Of a DNA stretch of 64,000 nt, positions 28,001-40,000 are shown one piece after another. Under the pieces are notes generated by a model that ran no database searches, had not been told where the DNA came from, and worked only from the letters and a program-made list of their open reading frames with translations. The stretch spans positions 19,299,365 to 19,363,364 of the forward strand of contig NC_092678.1 of the NCBI RefSeq assembly GCF_964355755.1. Direction: 5' to 3'. This DNA comes from Antedon mediterranea. Its lineage: Eukaryota > Animalia > Echinodermata. How positions within the stretch are numbered: position 1 is the first letter of the stretch; every line of letters starts with the position of its first letter. A program made the position numbers and the translations under genes.

Positions 28001-31000
28001 TGACAGCCCATTTATGTTTTTGTCACCCAGGTTATTGTGAAGTAGGCGGAGCTTCATTATCAGGTCAAACATGTCACAAAAATATGACCATAAATAACGA
28101 ACTGTGATTGGCCAAATGTAGTAGAATTTTGCCAATGTTAAAAATAACTTGTCTAGTCTTGTCATCAGGCCTGGTTGTCACAGATCAAAGCTAGGGATAT
28201 TTTGTAGGGCCGGGTGGCTGGCTCTATCCCTGTAGGTAGGCCATGGAGGCCATATTTTATAATATGCGTAGGAGGCCTAGATAGAATCAAAAGCCATCGT
28301 TTAGCATCGTGATGGCTGAATAGGCTCTAGACCCTAGGCCTCTAGCCTAAGGTAGACAGAATCTAATTAGTTTTCTTGGCTAGGTTGAAGCCCAACAACA
28401 AAAAGACCTCAATAAATCGCAAAGTTAATTTTTATAATGTGAACCGGGATGTGAACAATAAAGAAATACAATTTTGTGTAATTTTTCATGCAATAATAGT
28501 TTAATACAGTTTGTATGTAAATGTGTAGCAATTCTCGAGCGTTTAGATTAGTGCGCCCTCTATTGTACAAAATGCCTGAATTCATTTATATGGCAGCCCT
28601 GCTATCACGGTGCGATAATAAGAGTGGGCTAGTAAAATAATGTATGGGCTAGTGAAATCTACAGTGAACTCTAGCCCAGTGGGCTAGCAACATGAAAAAG
28701 ATAAATCGAGCCCTGATACCCATTGTTTACTATGGAGATATTTCTGTATTGAACTGGAACATTTATTTTATTTGTTTTATTTAAAACATATTTATACAGG
28801 ATAAAACATATAGGTATAATAGATGTAGCAACTGTACATTTGGTCCTGTTTTTTTAAATAAAAGGTTAACAACATACGTAAAAACTAATAATGCTAATAA
28901 ATTGATAAAAATCACACTACAGAGACTAATACAAATAGACAGATATAAAATACCTCAATGACGGACAACATCGTATCTGTAGGGTCAACTGAAAGGTCAA
29001 ATATATTCTTCTTCACATCAATTGTTGCTATTGAGAAAAATAAAATATAATGTTTATCATAATTTTTAAAACACGCCGATTATGCCTATAGTTCGTGGCG
29101 CCCCTGCCTTAATACTCACCAACAAATTAATATTATTATTATAAATCCAAAGGCAAATTACTGAAAAAAATGACAATGCTGTGGGTATCAGTGGCTGGAT
29201 ATCAATGGAGATAATAAAATAAGCAAAAAGCTAAATCAAAACAATAAAGTAAAACAGCCAGAACAATTTTTAGAGCTTCCAGGCAACACTAGCTCTTCAT
29301 CGGTGCCTTATTATTATATTATATAATTATATATATATATAATTTATTATTATTATCAATACAAAAAAAAATACTGAAAAAATGACAATGCTGTGGGTAT
29401 CAGTGGCTGGATCTCAGTGGAGATACAAAAAAAAAGCGAAAAGCTAAATCAAAACGGTGAAGTAAAACAGCAAGAAAAGTTAGCAGAGCTTTCGGGCAAC
29501 ACTAGTCCTTCATCAGTGGCAAGTGAAGGAATTTGGATAACGTCATAGTATAAGAACTGGCAAATGCTGCCTGGGTGGACAGGAATAAAAGAAATACAAC
29601 AAAAGGTGACAGGGTGGAGTCTGATTATTATTATATTTTTATCAATACTAATAAAAATGTACATAGTCCTCCAAGTGTTGGTACATTAGGTTGTTAGTTG
29701 TAGCAAATAAAAAACTCTCTATAATGTCAAAGCGACGATTTTACTCATGCTTACCAATAGGTTTGTAATTGGTTGAATCAAAGGTCCTAAATGAGCTTCC
29801 GAACGGACTTCGCATTGACGGTCTCCCTAAGGTGTCTTCTTCACTGTCATGTTGTAACATAGCTGAAACATAAACACACACAAATAATTCAATGATCATA
29901 CATTTGAATTATCGATCTATAATTCTCTTCTATGTTTCATAATTTTTGGGATTTTTATTGTGCCACATGATTAAGCATTTTCTTATCAGTATGGGGATGA
30001 CTAAATATAGGTAATTTAACTTGAATTTTACGTTTCTGGTGTTTTTATTCAAAAGTATTCACTGTATACCCACCAACTTTTTTCACTTTCTAGGGAGTCA
30101 CTAAATATGGTATCACATGAGTTAAACTACCTAACTACTGAAATAAGTCTTTTTTTTAAGCTTTTATAGCAGAAATTTAATAAATGTTGTATTTGGTCAT
30201 TTTAAAGCAAATTTTTGTTTTCATTACACATATTTATTGTATGTACGTTTAACCAGATATTTTATTTAAAATGCATATCTGTACCAGAGTTTTAAATTTG
30301 TATAAATTTGCTTCTTCCCGATTGGGACATAGAGCCAACAGATTATTTTAACTGATGAGCTACACTTACCACCATATATAACGTCTCCCTTGTTGTTGAA
30401 TACAATATAACACTGATCTAAAGCTGGTACCGTATGCAATAAATGAAATGTACGCAAATCCCACTGCAATATACGGTCAAGAAATATAGCATAAAACGAT
30501 TTTTAATTAAACAATTATTATCACTCAACCAGTGAGAGTATGATTCATAAATAAAATAAAGTAATTAGATGTTTTGCCCTACTCTGACGTAATTTGTACT
30601 TTATACTAAGTACATTTGAGAATACTTGCGAAAAAATTTGCAAGTAGTTCTCGGGTGGGACTCGAACCCACGACCTCCAGATCACTAGCCTGGCGTTCAT
30701 ACCTCTAGACCAGTATAAAGTAAAAATTACGTCAGAGTAGGGCAAAACATCTAACCACAGGTATAATCACGCTTCTGATCTAATCCGACTCCCTACTTTA
30801 TGTCTGATTTCACAAACAGGCATATCCTCGGGTATAGTCCCAGTATTGACTTTTGGTCTAGATGTAGCCTCTCTCTAGCCAGTTCAGATGAGTTTTTACA
30901 AGAAATGCTTACCAACATCATTTTTTTTCCTGAACCAATGTTTCCCCAGAATAGTAACACCCCTACCCCCCACAAATTCAGCATACTTTTGTTTTCTAGG

Positions 31001-34000
31001 AGGTGAGATTATACAAGAGGATATACGGTATTTAATTTTATGAATCGATATTGAGGAAACTAAAGAATAAGGATACAATTTCAGAATTGATGACAATCTC
31101 AAGTCCTGTTGGGTGGAATTGCCCACTAATGTGTTGGTTGAACTTATCAAATTTGTAAATTGATCGTGCTGAACGCACATCCCACAATACACCATCATTT
31201 AGAACAAGTTCGTCTGTAGGGTCAAACGTAGCTGAGTTTTTCGTATAGTGATTACTAAGTTCTGATGAAAATAATGTTAATATCTTTTGGCCCGTCTCGG
31301 TATCATAAATCTATTAAAAAGAAATACACAAAATTAAAATTACTATAAATGTAAGAATCGAGATTGTGAAATAAAAGCTTTGTAATCAATTACATTCAGC
31401 CAATGTGTCATGGACAAATGAAGGATTGCCTCGAAGTGGCTGCACTGACGTGACGTGACGCTTAGCATGTGTTGAAAAGTGTAACATCTGAATCCACATG
31501 AGCAATGAATTCGGCGCTATAGAAGAACTCAGATACTGTTATTTGTATTGTTATGGCCAGTCTATTCAGTCTTCATTAGAAGAAAATCGACTAAATAGAA
31601 ACATCGTCGGTGGGTACAAATCTAGTAATATGTTATTTACATGTGCCGTGTCATCCTTAGTTCCTATGATCCTGTCTTGGCATAGTTTACTGAACTCTAT
31701 GTACTGGTCATTGTCAAAGGTATGTGCTATTTCAAACTCTGATCCTATAGTCCACAGTTTGGATAAAGGCCGGTCCCAGGACGAGCAAGTGAGTAACAGC
31801 TTTCCACTCTAAAAAAATAGATTTGAATATGCATTACAGAGAAGTCAAAGGTTAAATGAAATATCTTGTATATCATATCAACTAACATTTTACTCAATAA
31901 TTTATTTTTCTTGTTTTAATCAACCATCTCTATTAGCTTTTTGAGTCACATGGTTTTCTAATAATTATGCAAAACATTAAGTCAGAGGTTAAATAAATTT
32001 GTCTATTAATCTTTAATTTAAATTGTTTTAATCATCCATGTTTCTTATGGCTTTATTAGTCACATGGTATGTAAATTAATATGCAAATAAGTTATGATGC
32101 AACAGGTTGTTGTTATGCTTGACTCAAAGTAAAATTCAAACCTTCACAATTAATAGAAAAAAAATGCTGTACCTTACTTGGTTGACAATGTACAATGGGC
32201 GAGTCCTGACACATATGAGACGATTCTTCCTGTAAGTAACAAATTACCACACCATGGGATTGCAATGAGTGCAAGCACTATAGAATTGGCTCTCCATACT
32301 GCACTTCAAATATATAAAATTAACTTCAATGCGAACATACAATCACTTCACAACACAATTCTAATCGAATAAATTTAATTGCATTGATTGTCAGGTGGGA
32401 ACAGACATTATAATAAAAAAATATTTATTATGTAAATATACTTACATTACCAGTAACTATGTTAAATATCTTAATATCTCCTGAATAATTACCAGTATAT
32501 AAACAGTCCATATCACCCTTAATAAAAAAAAAAGCCAGACAAAAAAATTAATGAATATTTATAGAACTTCTGTTTTTATTTATATGTTTAAGCACACAGT
32601 GAAGACCAACAAAGTCCCTGCACTAAAGAAGAGACACACTAAGAGAGCTTTCGAAACAGTCGATGTGGCAGTGTGTGACTCGCAACCGAGCATGCAATTT
32701 CCAGTGCGCATGCAGATACCAGACAACTTCCGTGGACTATTGAACAGGCAGTACGATTTGCCGGTGCCTGGAGGGAGGCAACATGGGGGATCGGATCGGG
32801 ATCTCTATTGACAGTTAAAAAATGTTTTGTTTTTTAAAAAAGATCTACCTTTTTGCCAAACATACAACATGTAAAACAACCATCTTCTTCTGAATCTTTT
32901 AATGTTTGCATAGCACGGAATCTTAAAAACAAAAACACAACAATAAAATGTAATGATGATGATAAAAAATGTTGAATTCTTCTTAAAATTTTTCATACCC
33001 TTTGCAAAGATTTTTTTTCTATAATGGCTTACAGTACACCTTCCATTTTAATTTAACAAATATTTTATAGCAAAATTGAGTGAAGTAATAATATTGGTAT
33101 ATACCTGCTATGTATAAACTGCCTTGTATATCTATCACCATCTACTCCACCATGTCTTGGAAAGTACTGAAACAAAAATAACAATACTTTTATGTTTTTC
33201 TTTATACTTTATTCCCGCACTACAGACCTCTTAATTTCTAAATACATAATTGAATGTAGTGCTACTTACAGACCGCTTGCTTAGCCTCGATGTGATGTTC
33301 AATGGAGCGTGACGTCTAAACCGAGGCTCTGGACATTTATGTGGTCTGTAAAGTAAAATTAGAATTAAAAATATTCTCCCGAATAAACTCATGAACATTT
33401 TCTAACCATTCAACTTATGAGAATATTCGCTCCATTCTACTCATGAAAATTTTCGCTCCATTCAACTCATGAAAATATTCGCTCCATTCAACTCATGAAA
33501 ATATTTGCACCATTGAACTAATGAAAATATTCGCTCCATTCAACTCATGAAAATATTCGCTCCATTTAACTCATGAAAATATCCTTCATATTCAACTAAT
33601 GGAGATATTCTCCTCATTCAACTCATGAAAATATTTGCTCCATTCAAGTACGAACCATTCATTATCACCTATACTTACTCAAGGAGTGAAAAAGCTGGAC
33701 AAACTAGCACTGGATTTCTACAGTTGGCGTGCTGTTCTTGAAGATAATTTGAAACGATAGAATCCAACGTTGGTCCGGTGCTCATGTGACGTTTTCGTTG
33801 TCGTGGAAGGTTAACGGGTACATTGGGCGTTTGTACCTTTTCACGACATATTCGTCGTTTGGAATTCTAGAAATTACACAGAATTTTGTTATTTTTTTAG
33901 TCATTTATTCAATTTTAAATTATTTTATTATTCATTTAGTGCGGTGCCAATTTCTATCACTGTAACTATAACAAAAAAGTTTAATATAGGCACATCAAAT

Positions 34001-37000
34001 CAAATTTCTCAGTACTTTACCTTTGGAGTGTTCAGTGCTGGAGAGAAAAGGATTTTCTTTGGCTGATTGTTGCTTGGCGTTTGCTTGGACGGTTGAATGT
34101 TGGTGCTGGATTGGCTGGACGTTGACGACAAGCTTGTCCGTGATTGGTGAACTTTTTTAGGTAACATAGGACTTTTTGGAGTTACTGTTCGATGGAGCTG
34201 TTAAATAGAAAATTAACAGCAATAGCATATTAAGCCTCGTCTATACTATCAAACTTTATGTGACAAAAAAATGTGATGTACCTATATATGGACATGATGT
34301 CATATCACTACCATATTTCAGCATATCACTACCATATTTGGGCAAGTACATTACACTTTTTTTGTCAAACTAGTTTGATTGTGTAGAGACTTGGCAATCG
34401 TATTTTATAAATATTTGTTAGAGGAGAGCAATGTTGTTTTTAGTTATAGTAAAACTGGACAGAACTTACTGGGAATGCTGGCGGTGGGCTGATGGTCCGT
34501 GAGGTTGTTTGTTGTGCAGGCAAGCTAGCCTCCTGACTTAGTATGGCAGCAGTCTGTGTTAAACCTGGAAAATGAATCATTTCATTTATCTGATGTTTTT
34601 TTGTAGAACGTAATTTGTATTGCGATCCATGTTTACATATTTAGAGCATAAATGGATACCTGGGTCATGTCTGAACCATATTTTACATTTTTATCAAATC
34701 TCAAATTAATTTTTATTCAGCCTTTTGATGGGTTTCAACATTTAAAAAAAAAAAAAAAGTATTACAACAATGCATCTGATAAATTTATAAATTCTAAACA
34801 ATTACAAAATTTCTCTAGGCCTAGCTTACCCTGAGATTGAAGGTGAGAATAGATAAGTTGAAGCAGTTCTTTCTTGTCATATCGAATCCTTGTCTGCTGT
34901 ACAATGTTCGCCTTATGCAGCCTAGCTATCGTGACATCACTACCAACTGATAGGGACTTTCCAGTAACTCTTTCTAAAAATAGCAACATACAAGAATGTT
35001 ATATCTCTACATGGTTTCAAATTGATATTAGTACTTTTTACAGAATAGCGGTTTAAACCGATTAAATCTTACCAATTAGTTCTGACGCATACTTGCAAAA
35101 CTGAAGGTGTTCTGAACGTTTCTCATGCAAAACAGGCTCCCTCATAAGGGCTGCAAAAATCAATATAATATTGAATATATTTCTTTACTTCTTTATATTA
35201 ATTATCGTCTTTTAAGCCGATATTCCACAAGCCAAATTTGTTCGCGCAAATTCAATGTTTTGCTGAAAGAAAAATTGCGCTACCCTTACCACTACAAGAG
35301 CAAATGGCTATGATTTCATGTTCATTGCTTGTTTGCTGAGCTTTTCGATTCGCATGAGTGCTCCTGAATACATCATACCTAATTTCCTAAGCTCTGATTG
35401 GTTGCGCAACTTTTCACTTCACAAAAAGTAGAAACAATTCGAACTACCAATTACACTGAAGCAAAAAACTCAACGAACTAGAATTTGTCACAGAGAGGGC
35501 TTTGGAAGATAGATGCGTATACGTTGACGCTTTCGTTTTGCATGAAAAAGATTTGACTAGTGGAAAATAAAAATTGAAAATTCCTAGGAAATAATCATTG
35601 TTTTAAACACCTACACAACTATATTAATGGGACACTGTTTTGGGGTTAAAGGTTAACAGTGGTTCTACAGTGTTTACTTGTATTTGTATTTTGTATTAAT
35701 ATTTGTAAGAAGACGCATTATAAAAACTTACATTGTAATTGGCCAGCAGAGAAGAGTGGAAGTTTGCTGATAATCTGTCGTACAGTATCGCTACGTGCAA
35801 GCCCGCATAATGCTCGACATGCAAGCGCACGTATGCCGTCAGCATCTGTGATTGGTCCTTTCGCCATTAATAATGAAAGTAGTGTCTAAAAAAAAAGTGA
35901 GCAATTTATTGTTAAAATAGTGTTTAAAACACATCATGCTTGGCTCAGAAGGTCAGGGTTCATAACCTTCCAGATTTTTATTTTTCTCAAGATGTTTTAC
36001 ACACGAGAGGAAGATATGAAGAAAAAAACAGAGAGAAGGAACAAAAATATGTGTTCAAATTTACTTTAATTCCATTGTTTGTCCTAACACAATCCCAAAG
36101 CTTGGCCATGTAATTGTTACTACTGCTGCCTGTGCTCTCTTTCACCTTCCGAGGACCACCGACAAACTTCCCAAAAGAACTCCCAAGCTGAAAAACAAGA
36201 ACACAAATCAATATAATAATTTTACAAATCAAATTAGTAATTATTATAATTGGTGGTCCCAAAGACTTAAGACTTTGTTTATGTAGAGCATCTTGTGTAT
36301 GTTTGTCTTGTGAACTGATTGCCACCTTTAAGGAGGATAGTGAATTAATTTGCTTATGGTTATCCTTTGCAATTTGCATCAAAATATAAAAACAAAACAA
36401 TAAGCCTTGTAAGCCCAGAGAGGAGATAGGCACCACTGAGAGATGGCCTATGGCTTATGGCTATGTATCGTATCATGATGAGTACAACTACTAACTCCCT
36501 AATATTGAAGGACTTGGTGCACCGTCATCTCATCTACTATGCCCCTACAACCCTCTAGGGCATGAGACAACAAAACCTAGAAGCCTTATAAATACCACAA
36601 TATTCATCTGTAAATATTTAAAAGATTTATTTTTAATTACGTATCAAGCCTTAAATTCTACATAGCTCATTTGATTACAACTACCTTTCTACCAGTGCAC
36701 GGACAAAGGTACGCTAACTTAATAATATTTTGTTTACTTACTCGTTTGTCTGGTCCGCAAACACAATTAATGATGACTTGAAGAGCTGCCTTCTGAGCTT
36801 CTGTGTCGCTAATGATCTCTCCATCTGCTATGCCAATCACGATGCTAAACAAAGGAGCACAATATTAAACATCTCTCCAATCAAGACTTGATAAAAAATG
36901 ACTGGCGGTATGGAACCCATAAACTCTGACCTACATGGCATCACTGGAAAAAATGTATACAACTTACTTGACACCAACTGTGGTTGAATTCTCTGGTAAG

Positions 37001-40000
37001 TCAACCTGTTTACAAAGTTCCTGATGTCCAGTTGAAGTGACCGATGCAACACCGAGTATGTCCATCGCAGCTTTAACTAGTTCACCTCTACAATAATAAA
37101 CAAACTGATATTCTAAAAATCCCTTTCGTTCTGGTTTTAAATAATCGTAAATAGTTTTTTTTTTATTACATTAGATCCACTCCACTATTCAGGGAACTAC
37201 TTTCTTATGTGAAAATAATAATAAAATATTTTGACACTACGGACAAGAAAACACCCCTATTAAAGGGACACTTTGTCAGGTCCTTAAGGTGTCCCCTTAA
37301 TAGGGGGTTTCACTGATTTTCCAGCTTTTTCTTAATCTTTCCTGTTTCATGTAAAAACTCCTTTGAGACACTCCTATCAGGAGAAACCTTACTTTGATGT
37401 GTCCCATAGTTGTCCCCTTAATAGAGGCCTTATTCTATTTTGATGTTACAAGATAGCATACCTGGCACTGTATTTCTTCCACTCACAGGACAGCGCTACA
37501 ACCTGTAACAGTAAATGTATTCCTTGCAGGCGTTGTAGCTCACATATTGGGTTCCATTTACGACGAGAAGATTGCTCCAATAACAGATTGAGATTCTCAA
37601 GGGTTGTCTCTGGTGACAAGGTCAAAGGCTAAAAAACAAGGTCAAAGGTTAAAGCAAAGTCAAAGGCTAAAAAACAAGGACAAAGGTCGCAAAGGACAAA
37701 CGCATTTTTGTATTTGTTAATTGGAATTCTAAAACAAGATTCTTCAAAAATTATCGATTAATGCATAATCTATTATAAAAATACAATCATTTTATTATTT
37801 ATTCAACAATATTTAATGTTTAATTTTAAGTTCCATCCATTGGAACTGATCATTAGGGACCCTCACAAAAATACAATATGACAAGACATAAACATGTAAC
37901 AATAAAAATAGAATTTAAATAAAATCATTCTTTTAACATACCTTATATGGTGGAATTGAATCGATCTGAGCAGTTTCTTGACTGAACCTTGTAGATGCAC
38001 GCTTCAGTGAGTCGACACGTAGTGCAAGGTGTGCCTCGAAGTACCGTTTAAGCGCCAAACAGGTGTGTTTTACCGTTTGATAATTGGCAAACAATTCATC
38101 ATCGTTTAGCAACATTCCCTGATCATCAAGGTTTAAAATATCAAGGGTGGTAATCTAAAATAAATTAAACAAAATTATTATTAGGCTGCCAGGGGAAGAG
38201 CAGGGTTGTACCAGGACCAGAGCAGGATTGTACCAGGGCCAGATCAGGGTTGTACCAGGGCCAGAGCAGGATTGTACCAGGACCAGAGCAGGGTTGTACC
38301 AGGACCAGAGCAGGATTGTACCAAGACCAGAGCCAGGTTGTACCAGGACCAGAGCAGGGTTGTACCAGGACCAGAACATGGCTGTACCAGGCCAGAGCAT
38401 GGTTGTATCAGGCAGGGCAAAAGCAGGATTGTACCCGGGCCAGAGCAGGGTTGTACCAGTACCCGAGCAAGATTGTACCAAGACCACACAAGGGTTATAC
38501 TAGGATCAGAAAAGGGGTGTATTAGGGCCTGACCAGGGTTATAATAGAATCAGACCATGGATTACCAGGGCCAGAACAGAGGTCTACCATTGCCAGGCTA
38601 TTGCTATACCAGTGCTGTACTCGGGGTAGTCTGGGCTCCAGACGGAGTTTTTTCTTAAAATTAGTAAAAATATAAATATTTTTGCACATATGGCGTTTCA
38701 TACGTGTATTACTTGAGTTTGGATACTCCGTCTGGGGAAACACGCAAAAGTCACGTGGTTTGACACCAAGAATTCTTGGTGCATAGATTATCCGGTTGAC
38801 TAGTTTCAGCTGCATGCGATTGGCTACTCACTCGTACAACATTTTAATATTCATATTTCAGAATTTCAAAGACTCAACAACTAAGATGGTACGCATGCGC
38901 TATGTTACGTTTAGACAATGTGTACTTGGGTACAGGATTTTATAGGGATCATTTAATATTACGCGGAGATAATTTGATTTAATTCCCACCCAGACCCTGT
39001 CCTGTTCTGTGACTGTGTAGTGGTGTAGCCCTATGTTGTGGTGTGAATCCTGTTGTGTGCCGGTGGTGGTATTATGTAGGCCTACCTTATTGGCGTTTAA
39101 TTTGGCAGGTCATACGTGCGAGTTGTGTAGGACCTACGAAGGAGACCTAAGGACTAAACAATTAATAAACAAAACAACTTGGCAACACGATTTCATATTT
39201 CAACAGCCTCGATCGTACATTCAGCACTGTACGTAGGCCTACTCGATCTTTTTCATTTTGAAACAAAATGATCATTGGTTGATTCGAAATCCATATTTAC
39301 ATACCGCCCGCCCCATATAGCCAAATACGGTATGATAACCTACGTCATTCTTATCGGATGTTTGCGGTCTGCAAATCGATTTCTATACGTGTTTCACAAG
39401 TCTGTATTTCCAGACAAAAATCGCGGTCGAAATAAAAACAAATAAATAAAATAAAAAAAACAATACAGACTTGGGGCAAGTCTGTACTCGGGGGTTAACC
39501 AGTGCTGTTATAAAACAATACAAATTGCTTTTACTTGTTAGTTTAAAGAATATACCCGAATTTTTTAATATTTTGTTTTATTGTTGGTTGGATGGTATCT
39601 AAAAAAAAACACCAAAAATAAGGCGAATTCCTTCGGGACTTACTGTGTTGAATAATTTCCTCAACCCGTCCTTCTCGTCAAACAGGTCGAGAACAGCGCG
39701 AAAATTGAAGCTCAGCATGAAGAAAATAGTTGCATGGCAACGGCCGGACTCGTGCGAACATTCCAACAACCATAATCCATAGCTAAAAAACATAAATATG
39801 TATTACTTATTACTGCAAAACAATAAATCACTGAAACAAAATTATGCACAAGATTAGGAATCAAGTGGAATCAATTATATCGATCAATTAGATAAGTGCT
39901 TGTTTAAAATTTGTACATTTTAAAAAACAAATAATAAATGCAATTAAAAAAAAAATAGGGTTATTTTAAATAGTTTAAGAGACGTTTTTACCTTATAAGG

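Noticed and set aside
27779-28165. 128-aa ORF
   Set aside because: It spans the subterminal repeats and boundary of a TIR element.
32590-32815. Defensin-like Cys pattern on the + strand ([12 protein letters not shown]...Y*TGSTICRC after KR)
   Set aside because: It needs a stop and a frameshift, and no signal-peptide exon was found. Kept only as an alternative to the structured-RNA reading.
38155-38532. Five overlapping ORFs
   Set aside because: By-products of a stop-poor 22-bp minisatellite.
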